64,000 nucleotides of DNA from a virus. The DNA lies in the IMG/VR virus record IMGVR_UViG_3300045988_149468, positions 64,001-128,000 of that record; one strand, 5' to 3'. Made by a program: the position numbers and the translations under genes. This document shows positions 10,144-18,230 of this stretch, one piece after another; position 1 is the first letter of the stretch; each line of letters begins with the position of its first letter. The notes beneath the pieces are model-generated. The model had not been told where the DNA came from. It was given only the letters and a program-made list of their open reading frames with translations, and made no database searches.

Positions 10144-10279
10144 AGGATTAAATACATTAAGAGATTTTTTAAAAGGCTTATATTCGCCAATATATAAGTG
10201 ATTTTAAAGAAGAATAATTAGTACGTGGTATTAAATCTTATTGATAAAATAGAATTATAAATGAATTGAGGTGAATTTG

Positions 10280-10783
10280 ATGCTCGATAAAAGATATAAA
10301 GCTATGAAGTTAGATTTAATTTCAGATAAAGAAGATAATTTACTTATGAAGTTTTCATTAAGTGATAATCAAACTTCAGATTTTTATATTAACATAACTA
10401 GAGATAACAGTAAAATTAATTTATCAGATTACAAGACAACGCTATATATAGAAACTCCAAACAAAGAAATATTAAAAAAAGAACTTACAGAATATGACGA
10501 AGCGAGTAATTTATATTATTGTAATTTAGAAACAGAATATAAAAATGAAGTAGGGGAATATCATTGTCAAATCATGATAGAAGATAAATATACTAACGAA
10601 AGGATTATTCCTTTGAATAATTTTAAATATAAAGTATTTGATGACACTATATCTAAAAGTGGGACAACTCCAGATATTCCAAGTGGCGGAGCAACTATTA
10701 ATTATGATCCTGTAACAGGTAATTTAACAATACGCTCAAATAGTTTAGATTATAATTCACAATCAGGTAATTTAAAAATTTAA
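10280..10783 (+). CDS. Hypothetical tail-associated protein (possibly BppU-N/Ig-like)
   Basis: ATG at 10280 follows TTGAGGTGA (listed ORF starts at GTG 10271). Beta-rich sequence directly upstream of, and coupled to, a fibre gene. Family assignment is tentative. Confidence 0.4.
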   Translation: MLDKRYKAMKLDLISDKEDNLLMKFSLSDNQTSDFYINITRDNSKINLSDYKTTLYIETPNKEILKKELTEYDEASNLYYCNLETEYKNEVGEYHCQIMIEDKYTNERIIPLNNFKYKVFDDTISKSGTTPDIPSGGATINYDPVTGNLTIRSNSLDYNSQSGNLKI

Positions 10784-10796
10784 AGGAGGTAATAAA

Positions 10797-13229
10797 ATGG
10801 CAGAAATTGATATACTTAGTATAAATAATAAAAAAATACAAGATGTAGAAGCTAGAAAAGATATTCAAGTAATTAAAGAAAATAATACTGCAATAAAACA
10901 GGATATAAATGACATTAAAGCTAGTATAGGTACAGAAGCATTAACTACTACTGCTAAAGATTTGAAAGGGGCAGTTAATGAAGTTAGTGCACAATATAAA
11001 GATATTGCGAACTTATCTCTTGCACTAGGAAAAGATGGACTATTATATATTAAAAAACAAGATGGAACACTTATAGGAACTGGTGTTAAAGTTAATAATG
11101 ATACTGATTTATCTAAAGTAACTATGCAAATAAATGGTAATACGTTAATATTATTGAATAATGGAACTCAAATAGCATCTGTAGATTTGCCTAACAACAT
11201 GAGTGCTACCGATGTATCTAACTTAATAAAAAAAGGTGTTTCAGAAACTAACTATAATGCTTTAGATACTACGGATAAACGTATTATAGGTGGAATTAAT
11301 GAAATTAATATACACTTAAACAGTACGGCGAAAAAAACAATCGTAGAAGGAAATAAAATATATTTAGCAAAAAGTGATGGAACAAAATTAGATACAGGAA
11401 CTATATTACCTACAGGTGGAACTGGTAAACCTTATGATGACACTTCCATAAAATCTGATATAAGCAATATTAAAAATGACTTAGGTACTGCACAACTAAC
11501 TACAACTGCTCAAAATGTTAAAGGAGCAATAAATGAAATTGATGCAAAATGCGATGATATTGCAGTCAAAACTATTACAACCGAAGAGAGAACAAAATTA
11601 ACTAACTTAAAAAATTATGATGACACAAGTATAAAAACAGACATAAATAATATTAAGACTAATTTAGGTACTGCACAACTAACTACAACTGCTAAAGATG
11701 TTAAAGGTGCAATTAATGAAGTTAATAAAAAAATTGGAACTGGGGTAGCTTATGATGACACTGCGATAAAATCTGATATAAATACCATCAAAACTAACTT
11801 AGGTACAGACAAATTAAATACAACTGCTAAGGATTTAAAAGGGGCAGTTAATGAACTTAATACACAATATAAAGATATCGCATCTAGGACTATTACAACC
11901 GAAGAGAGAAATAAATTAAATAGTCTAAATAATTATGATGACACAAGTATAAAAAATGATATACAAACAATTAATACACAATTAGGAGATATTGCGAACA
12001 AATTTACAACCGAACAAACAGATAATAATTTTATATTAAAATATGGTGATAAAATAATAGCAACTATTCCTATAAACGGAACATTAGTTAATTATGGTAG
12101 TATAGTTATATCTTGTAATGAAATTTTAGAAATAAACGAAGGTGAAACATTAGACATTGAAGTTTATTTAAGTTCAAAACCTACAAATAATCAATCTATA
12201 GTTATTACAACAAGCAATTCTAATATAACTACATCAGTAAGTGAATTAACTTTTACCCCTAATAACTATGCAACAAGTCAAATTATTACTTTAACTGCTA
12301 TACATGATGTTAGTTCATTTGATGATAAAAATTGTTTAGTTACATTTGCAAGTGAAAATGTAGAAAATATAACTATTACTGTTACTATAAAAAATACTGA
12401 TGTTCAACAGTCACATTATATTACAGATGGATTAAGTTTATACTATGATTTTACAGAAACTCCAACAAACCCAACAACTGTTTATGATAAAGTTAATAAT
12501 GTATCTATATATAATAAAAATTATACAGCTGATAATTATACAAGCAATGGTGTGTATTTGATAAACGGTGGCGGTTCAGAAGCATATAAATTTGGCTCTA
12601 GTAGTGTTAGTGTTTTCGAATATCAAACAATGCCTGAATTTAACAATTTCTTGAATAAAATCAAAGAAGGTAATGGATTGACTATTGAGTATTTCGGACA
12701 ATATATTCCTGTATCTATCATGTATGCATATAATAGTGGGGTTAATGCATCGGGTACAGGAGCAATTGGTGGTGGATATTTAACAAAATACGAGTCTCTA
12801 GGTGGTGTTACCTTTAAATATTTAAATACATCTAATGAAACAACTAGCGTTAGTTTAGCTCAAAGTGATAAAGCAACAAAAGATGGTCAATCAATACTTG
12901 CTTATTCCGCTGATAATAAAGCTGATACTTATATACATCTAGTTATTACTGCTGATGAAACAGGAAAATTAACATGGTATTTAAATGGAAATGTTATGAG
13001 TAATACTGCTACTGCAACTGATTTTGCATCGTGGGATTATGATACTATGTTTAAAGCTAATTATTGTATGCTTGTTAGATGTGGAGTTGAAGATACAAAT
13101 AGACTTATATACCCCGCAACAAGTATAAAAATATATAATAGAGCTTTAATACAAGATGAAATAAAAACTAATTTAGAGTATGAAATAAGCAAAACAAATT
13201 TTGTTAATTCAGCAAGTGTTACTCCCTAG
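10797..13229 (+). CDS. Second tail fibre / receptor-binding protein with LamG-like C-terminal domain
   Basis: SD AAGGAGGT. Five copies of a ~40-60-aa repeat (YDDTSIKxDIxxIKxxLGTAQLTTTAKDxKGAxNE). The C-terminal jelly-roll-like region ends in IKIYNRALIQDEI, typical of Laminin_G_3 domains. Confidence 0.65.
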   Translation: MAEIDILSINNKKIQDVEARKDIQVIKENNTAIKQDINDIKASIGTEALTTTAKDLKGAVNEVSAQYKDIANLSLALGKDGLLYIKKQDGTLIGTGVKVNNDTDLSKVTMQINGNTLILLNNGTQIASVDLPNNMSATDVSNLIKKGVSETNYNALDTTDKRIIGGINEINIHLNSTAKKTIVEGNKIYLAKSDGTKLDTGTILPTGGTGKPYDDTSIKSDISNIKNDLGTAQLTTTAQNVKGAINEIDAKCDDIAVKTITTEERTKLTNLKNYDDTSIKTDINNIKTNLGTAQLTTTAKDVKGAINEVNKKIGTGVAYDDTAIKSDINTIKTNLGTDKLNTTAKDLKGAVNELNTQYKDIASRTITTEERNKLNSLNNYDDTSIKNDIQTINTQLGDIANKFTTEQTDNNFILKYGDKIIATIPINGTLVNYGSIVISCNEILEINEGETLDIEVYLSSKPTNNQSIVITTSNSNITTSVSELTFTPNNYATSQIITLTAIHDVSSFDDKNCLVTFASENVENITITVTIKNTDVQQSHYITDGLSLYYDFTETPTNPTTVYDKVNNVSIYNKNYTADNYTSNGVYLINGGGSEAYKFGSSSVSVFEYQTMPEFNNFLNKIKEGNGLTIEYFGQYIPVSIMYAYNSGVNASGTGAIGGGYLTKYESLGGVTFKYLNTSNETTSVSLAQSDKATKDGQSILAYSADNKADTYIHLVITADETGKLTWYLNGNVMSNTATATDFASWDYDTMFKANYCMLVRCGVEDTNRLIYPATSIKIYNRALIQDEIKTNLEYEISKTNFVNSASVTP

Positions 13230-15153
13230 TGCGGCTACAAGTTATTCTTATACAGAATTACCTTATGCTGTAAATACAATTCCTGCATCTGCTATAAATG
13301 ACTGTGAAATTTTAGGAACTGTTGAGAATGACGAAGTAGCCCAAATTAATGATAATTATATAAGTTGTTATAAAAGTGGAGAAACAAATATAAACATTCA
13401 AGTGAACTATAAAGCATCAAAGATCTTTAACATAGAAGTTCCTTTAAAAGTTATTGATACTGTTGATTATGAAGCAACTTCTACTAGAACAATTGAACCT
13501 ACAGGTATATCAATAGTAAATAAAATTACTGAATTGAAATTAGGGGAAGAATTTGTCCTATTGGCAATACTATATCCTTACCATCCTTATATGGATAATT
13601 TAATTGAGTTTACATCAAGTGATGATTCAATATGTTCTGTTAAGTTTGGTGTTTTAAAAGCTAATAAAATAGGAACTTGTACTATTACTGCAACTGGTAT
13701 TGGAACAAACATATCAGAAAGTTTTAATATAAACATAATAGCGAATGAAGAAGAAAGTTTATTAGATTCGGAGATATATAACGTTTTATTACCTTGTGTT
13801 ACCACAAATGGTCAATTATATAATGACGGATCCAATGAAGAAGAGACAACTTATGCTATCCAAGATTTATTAAGCTATGCAAGTGAAAATAATTATAAAA
13901 AAATAGTATTTCCAAAAGGAACTTATTCTGTAACGGCTGATATTTATGGATCTGATGTCATTGGACCTACATTGTTTTATGTACCATCTAATTTAATAAT
14001 TGATTTTTCAGACGCTATAATTCAAATGCAACCAAATTCACATACTTTATCTCCAAACGGAACTGCTGGAACTGGCGGTGGATATACGACATTTATGTTT
14101 GATAACAATTGTCAAAATAGTAAAATAATAAATGCTGATATTAGAGGTTGTAGAGAATTAATAGATTATGATATAGCAACAACCGGAGAACAATGTAAAA
14201 ATGTAAGTTTTTATGATGCTGTAAACTGTTCTTTAGAAAATTGTAGTATAGGAAATAGTTGTGGTTTTAATATGGCTATGATAAGAAATACATACAATGG
14301 TTGGGATGGAAGAATATTTATAATGCCAAGTAACATAGAGGCTGGAGGAATAGCAGATGACGGTTCAAAAGATGATGTAAATACATCATGGAATTGGAGA
14401 ACTATAAATATGTTAAGTCTAGATAAATTAGGAGATAGACTTAGTTTTGATATCGGAAATTATCAAGGTTGGGGTGGTTATCAAATAGCAGGTAGATTAT
14501 ATGATATCGCTTTCTATGATGAAAATGAAACCTTTATAGAAATTATGAGAAATTGTAGGGTTTATTGTAGATATAATAGACCAAGTAATTCAAAATATTT
14601 TCATATAGTTTTTCATCAAGAAGAACAACCTACAGAAGGTGTTACTGATTATGGATATTTATATACACTTCAAAGTACAAAAGAACCTTATAGATGTTCT
14701 ATAAAGAATTGTGTTATACATGATAACTATTCTATAGGAATAGCTATAGTTGGTGGAAAAAATAATACATTTGAAGGAAATACATTTATAAATAATAAAG
14801 GTCGTGACCCAAATTGTCATCTTGATTATGAAGATGGTAGAGAGGCTATGATAGGCGATATATGGAGATATAATTCATTTGATAGCCGAAGCGGATATTT
14901 ATGTATTATGGCAGGAAACGCTATGACATTTAGAAATAATATATTTAACTGTTCTGTACAATTTACAGGAAGATGTGAAGGTTGGAGAGTTTATAATAAT
15001 AAATTCAATGGTTCAACAATAACTCAAGGAACTCAATCTGATTCGGTTTTTGCTTTTAACTTATTAAATAAAACTACACTTGAAAACCCTTCGTACTATC
15101 ATGGAGAAAATTCTCAATATAAAGTACATTATTTTAATAATACTGTGTTATAA
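13201..15153 (+). CDS. Big_2 (Ig-like) + right-handed beta-helix protein, depolymerase/tailspike-like
   Basis: Big_2-like segments (e.g. FTSSDDSICSVKFGVLKANKIGTCTITATG), then parallel beta-helix repeats (NCVIHDNYSIGIAIVGGKNNTFEGNTFINN). Frame is open from 13189. No SD and no ATG for 130 codons, so it may be made as a +1 frameshift fusion with the preceding fibre. Confidence 0.6.
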   Translation: MLIQQVLLPSAATSYSYTELPYAVNTIPASAINDCEILGTVENDEVAQINDNYISCYKSGETNINIQVNYKASKIFNIEVPLKVIDTVDYEATSTRTIEPTGISIVNKITELKLGEEFVLLAILYPYHPYMDNLIEFTSSDDSICSVKFGVLKANKIGTCTITATGIGTNISESFNINIIANEEESLLDSEIYNVLLPCVTTNGQLYNDGSNEEETTYAIQDLLSYASENNYKKIVFPKGTYSVTADIYGSDVIGPTLFYVPSNLIIDFSDAIIQMQPNSHTLSPNGTAGTGGGYTTFMFDNNCQNSKIINADIRGCRELIDYDIATTGEQCKNVSFYDAVNCSLENCSIGNSCGFNMAMIRNTYNGWDGRIFIMPSNIEAGGIADDGSKDDVNTSWNWRTINMLSLDKLGDRLSFDIGNYQGWGGYQIAGRLYDIAFYDENETFIEIMRNCRVYCRYNRPSNSKYFHIVFHQEEQPTEGVTDYGYLYTLQSTKEPYRCSIKNCVIHDNYSIGIAIVGGKNNTFEGNTFINNKGRDPNCHLDYEDGREAMIGDIWRYNSFDSRSGYLCIMAGNAMTFRNNIFNCSVQFTGRCEGWRVYNNKFNGSTITQGTQSDSVFAFNLLNKTTLENPSYYHGENSQYKVHYFNNTVL

Positions 15154-15174
15154 TGAATAAAAAAAGACATTGTC

Positions 15175-15780
15175 ATGGGGGAAATTATGTTTACAGATTT
15201 AAAACAATTATTAATTCAACAAAAATTAAAAAGAGAACATAAAAATTTTTATATTTATAGACCATCATCAATAAGTTTAGCAAAAACTTCAAAGATACAA
15301 ATAAAAGGAAGTTTAACCTTTAATGATGTATATTCTTCAAACCAAAAAAGAAAATTAAGCATATTAGTTATGGGAGAAGATTCTAAATTAGAAGTTAATG
15401 GAAATTTTTCGTTTTTTAGTGGTTGTAGAGTTGGGGTTTTAAAAGGGGCTACACTTTCATTGGGTAACGGATATATGAATTTTGATTCTAAAATATATTG
15501 CTATAATAATATAAAAATAGGGAATAGAGTTTTTATATCAGAAGGAGTAACAATAATAGATTCAGATGTTCATAGTATATCTAATAAAGATGTATCTGCT
15601 CCTATTGTAATTGGAGATAATGTTTGGATAGGAATAAATGCAACTATATTAAAAGGTGTTACTATTGGAGATGGTGCAGTAATAGGTGCTGGAGCAGTAG
15701 TTACTAAAGATATTCCATCTAAATGTTTGGCTGTAGGAAATCCAGCTAAAGTAATAAAAGAAAATATAGAATGGAAATAG
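15175..15780 (+). CDS. Hexapeptide-repeat (LbH) O-acetyltransferase
   Basis: Left-handed beta-helix hexapeptide repeats (IGDNVWIGINATILKGVTIGDGAVIGAGAVVTKDIPSKCLAVGNPAKVIK), as in maltose/galactoside/sugar O-acetyltransferases. Start may be the second ATG at 15187. Confidence 0.75.
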   Translation: MGEIMFTDLKQLLIQQKLKREHKNFYIYRPSSISLAKTSKIQIKGSLTFNDVYSSNQKRKLSILVMGEDSKLEVNGNFSFFSGCRVGVLKGATLSLGNGYMNFDSKIYCYNNIKIGNRVFISEGVTIIDSDVHSISNKDVSAPIVIGDNVWIGINATILKGVTIGDGAVIGAGAVVTKDIPSKCLAVGNPAKVIKENIEWK

Positions 15781-15806
15781 ACTAGAAATTAATCTAGTCT
15801 ATTTTT
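15781..15806 (+). terminator. Weak hairpin terminator after the acetyltransferase gene
   Basis: ACTAGA (15781-15786) pairs with TCTAGT (15793-15798), followed by CTATTTTTA. Confidence 0.35.
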
Positions 15807-15954
15807 AATACGCAGTTAGTTCGCAATTTAAAAATATTGCGTATATAATGTGATCAACAGAATATTCATTATATATTTTAAATATCATGTATAGAATAAA
15901 CAAATAAAGGATAAATTATTATTAGTTATTCTATTTGTATGTATTTTTATTATA

Positions 15955-16000
15955 ACCCTTTAGTGATTATTTGCTAAAGGGTATTTTTTTTTATTTATTT
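15955..16000 (+). terminator. Hairpin + T9 + ATTTATTT module (copy a)
   Basis: ACCCTTTAG (15955-15963) pairs with CTAAAGGGT (15974-15982), then nine T and ATTTATTT. No annotated gene lies immediately upstream. Confidence 0.5.
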
Positions 16001-16132
16001 GACAATCTTTCAGATATTTGTTATCATAATTAAAGATATAAATAATATTCTCATATTAACTTACATTATCAAATTTTCAATAGAACTATTTTATTTTTTT
16101 AATAGTCCTATTATTTTTTTGTTTAAAATGTA

Positions 16133-16161
16133 TTGAAAATAATAACTAATTATGTTATAAT
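16133..16161 (+). promoter_or_regulatory. Sigma-A-type promoter of recombinase 2
   Basis: TTGAAA (16133-16138), 17-nt spacer, TATAAT (16156-16161). Followed by the AATTAATAAGAGGAG leader also used by the leftward early genes. Confidence 0.55.
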
Positions 16162-16198
16162 TCAATTATAATAATTAATAAGAGGAGAGTAAAGCAAT

Positions 16199-17182
16199 AT
16201 GAAGAATGATAATGAAAAACTAATAAAACAAATAATGAATCATATAAAAAATAATGTTATTACCAAAGATGAAATAGAAAAAATATTATATGAAACTATA
16301 AGAGATTTTAATATTGAAATAAATATTCATCAAAAACATAATAATCAAGATATTCTCGATGAATATAAACAAGATATGGAAACTTTAGATTATTCAAGTG
16401 GAACTATTAGAAACAGAATGTATACCTTAAAATATTTCTTAGATTATATAAACAAAGAGATTCCTCAAATTACAGTAGTTGATTTAAAAGCTTATTTAAA
16501 TTTTAAAAAGAAATCAGTAAAAACTTCAACTATAAATGGATTAATTTCAGTAATAAAATCATTTTTCAGCTGGTTAGTAGAAGAAGAATACATAGATAAA
16601 AATCCAACGAAGAAAATAAGAAAAATAAAAGAACCACAAAGAATTAGAGAGCCTCTGTCTATAGAAGAAATGGAAAATTTAAGAATGTGTTGTAAGACAG
16701 ATAGAGAAAGAGCTTTAGTTGAATTTATGTTAGCGACAGGTATGAGAGTTTCTGAAATTCAAAAGACAAACATATTTGAATTGGATCTTTCTTCAAATAA
16801 ATTAAAAACAATTGGGAAAGGAAACAAAGAAAGAATTATATTATTTAATGATAAATGTAAATTATATTTAAAACAATATTTAGACAATAGAAAAGGTAAA
16901 AATGAAGCTTTGTTTATTTCTGAAAGAAAACCGTACAGAAGACTTGGAGTTAGAGCAATTCAAAAGATATTAACAAATATATCAAAAAGAAAAACAATTC
17001 TTCCCATTGTATATCCTCATAAATTAAGACATACTTTTGCTACATCACTATTTAATAGTGGAGAAGACATTGAAACTGTTCAATTTCTTTTAGGACATGA
17101 AAACATAACAACAACTCAAATATATACAAAAACATCAATGGATAAAGTTAATTATCAATATAATAAATGTTTGATTGTATAA
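16199..17182 (+). CDS. Tyrosine recombinase, XerC/XerD-like (recombinase 2)
   Basis: N-terminal SAM-like domain. Catalytic motifs: ATGMRVSEI (Arg), HKLRHTFATSLF (H-x-x-R), LLGHENITTTQIYT (His...Tyr). Confidence 0.8.
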   Translation: MKNDNEKLIKQIMNHIKNNVITKDEIEKILYETIRDFNIEINIHQKHNNQDILDEYKQDMETLDYSSGTIRNRMYTLKYFLDYINKEIPQITVVDLKAYLNFKKKSVKTSTINGLISVIKSFFSWLVEEEYIDKNPTKKIRKIKEPQRIREPLSIEEMENLRMCCKTDRERALVEFMLATGMRVSEIQKTNIFELDLSSNKLKTIGKGNKERIILFNDKCKLYLKQYLDNRKGKNEALFISERKPYRRLGVRAIQKILTNISKRKTILPIVYPHKLRHTFATSLFNSGEDIETVQFLLGHENITTTQIYTKTSMDKVNYQYNKCLIV

Positions 17183-17223
17183 ATATTCTAAAATAAAGTT
17201 TTTAACCTAACTTTTTAGATCAA

Positions 17224-17261
17224 CTCTTAGTTTTTACTAAGGGAATTTTTTTTATTTATTT
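17224..17261 (+). terminator. Hairpin + T8 + ATTTATTT module (copy b), terminator of recombinase 2
   Basis: CTCTTAGT pairs with ACTAAGGG around a TTTT loop, then AA, eight T and ATTTATTT. Confidence 0.55.
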
Positions 17262-17315
17262 TTAGTAATATTTTTAAGGAATATCACATATAATTCAGTA
17301 AAAGGAGGGATAATT

Positions 17316-17501
17316 ATGAAAAATAAAAAATCTTTTGAGGTAAGTTTCAAGAATAATATGGAAGACACTCTTTTATATTCCTGGTTAGAAGAAAAATTTA
17401 TAATTCATGGAAATAAGAGTGCCTATGTTAAATATGTTTTAAGAGAAAAAATGTACTCTGAATTAAATCAATCTACTCAAGTAATCAAAAGCAAAAGCTA
17501 A
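17316..17501 (+). CDS. Small basic protein, possible ribbon-helix-helix DNA binder
   Basis: SD AAAGGAGGG; 61 aa. Predicted beta-strand (KSFEVSF) followed by two helices (EDTLLYSWLEEK; KSAYVKYVLREKM). Fold assignment is an inference only. Confidence 0.35.
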   Translation: MKNKKSFEVSFKNNMEDTLLYSWLEEKFIIHGNKSAYVKYVLREKMYSELNQSTQVIKSKS

Positions 17502-17591
17502 TCCAAACCAAAACATTGCTTCACCCATTTTATATCACCTCGTTTAATCATAATTATATTATTAGTTTAACCTTAAAGGAGGATTTTATAC

Positions 17592-17966
17592 ATGAAATCT
17601 TATACTTTTGAAGAATATAAACTAATGATGAATAATAAAGAATCACTTCTTGATAAATTTATTTCAAGTCTAAATCAAATTGAATATAAAAAATTAATTA
17701 TTCTGATAGCTTTGTTTATGCATAAAAATTCAATAGTATATTGTGCTACAACTGAAGCAGAGATATCTATGATGGCTAATCAAATATTGCATATTTTAAT
17801 GATATTCAGTAAGTATGGATGTATGTGTATGGGAGTTAAAGCTATTATTGAAAATGCATTACAAGGTGCAAATTTTCGACAAGCTACAACATCTGGTATT
17901 CAATATTTTTTGATATATATTCTTTTAACATTATATCCTAAATTATTTGCTATGATTAAAATGTAA
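17592..17966 (+). CDS. Small membrane protein (signal-anchor-like segment + two hydrophobic helices; VirB2/TrbC-like layout)
   Basis: SD AAGGAGGA; 124 aa. Hydrophobic segments: KKLIILIALFM, ILHILMIFSKYGCMCMGVKAII and IQYFLIYILLTLYPKLFAMI. Confidence 0.45.
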   Translation: MKSYTFEEYKLMMNNKESLLDKFISSLNQIEYKKLIILIALFMHKNSIVYCATTEAEISMMANQILHILMIFSKYGCMCMGVKAIIENALQGANFRQATTSGIQYFLIYILLTLYPKLFAMIKM

Positions 17967-17978
17967 GGAGGTTATATT

Positions 17979-18230
17979 ATGGAAGAAAAGATTGATAAAT
18001 TAATAAATATCATGGATAATTTTTTACACCCAATAGAATCATTTAAAGAATTTGGGTATCAACTTTTAATTAACATTGATAAATTTTCATTTAATATATG
18101 TCTTTTAGCAGGTTTTATAGCTTTATTACTTTATGTATTTGGGTATGATAAAGGTAAAAAATGGGCATTTATAATCCCTTGTGTATATTTGATTTTAAAT
18201 ATTATCATAGGAGTAGTTGCAAATGCTTAA
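17979..18230 (+). CDS. Small two-TM membrane protein (VirB3/ConD-like position)
   Basis: SD AGGAGGT; 83 aa. Two TM helices (FNICLLAGFIALLLYVFGY; WAFIIPCVYLILNIIIGVVA). Overlaps the start of the ATPase gene. Confidence 0.45.
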   Translation: MEEKIDKLINIMDNFLHPIESFKEFGYQLLINIDKFSFNICLLAGFIALLLYVFGYDKGKKWAFIIPCVYLILNIIIGVVANA

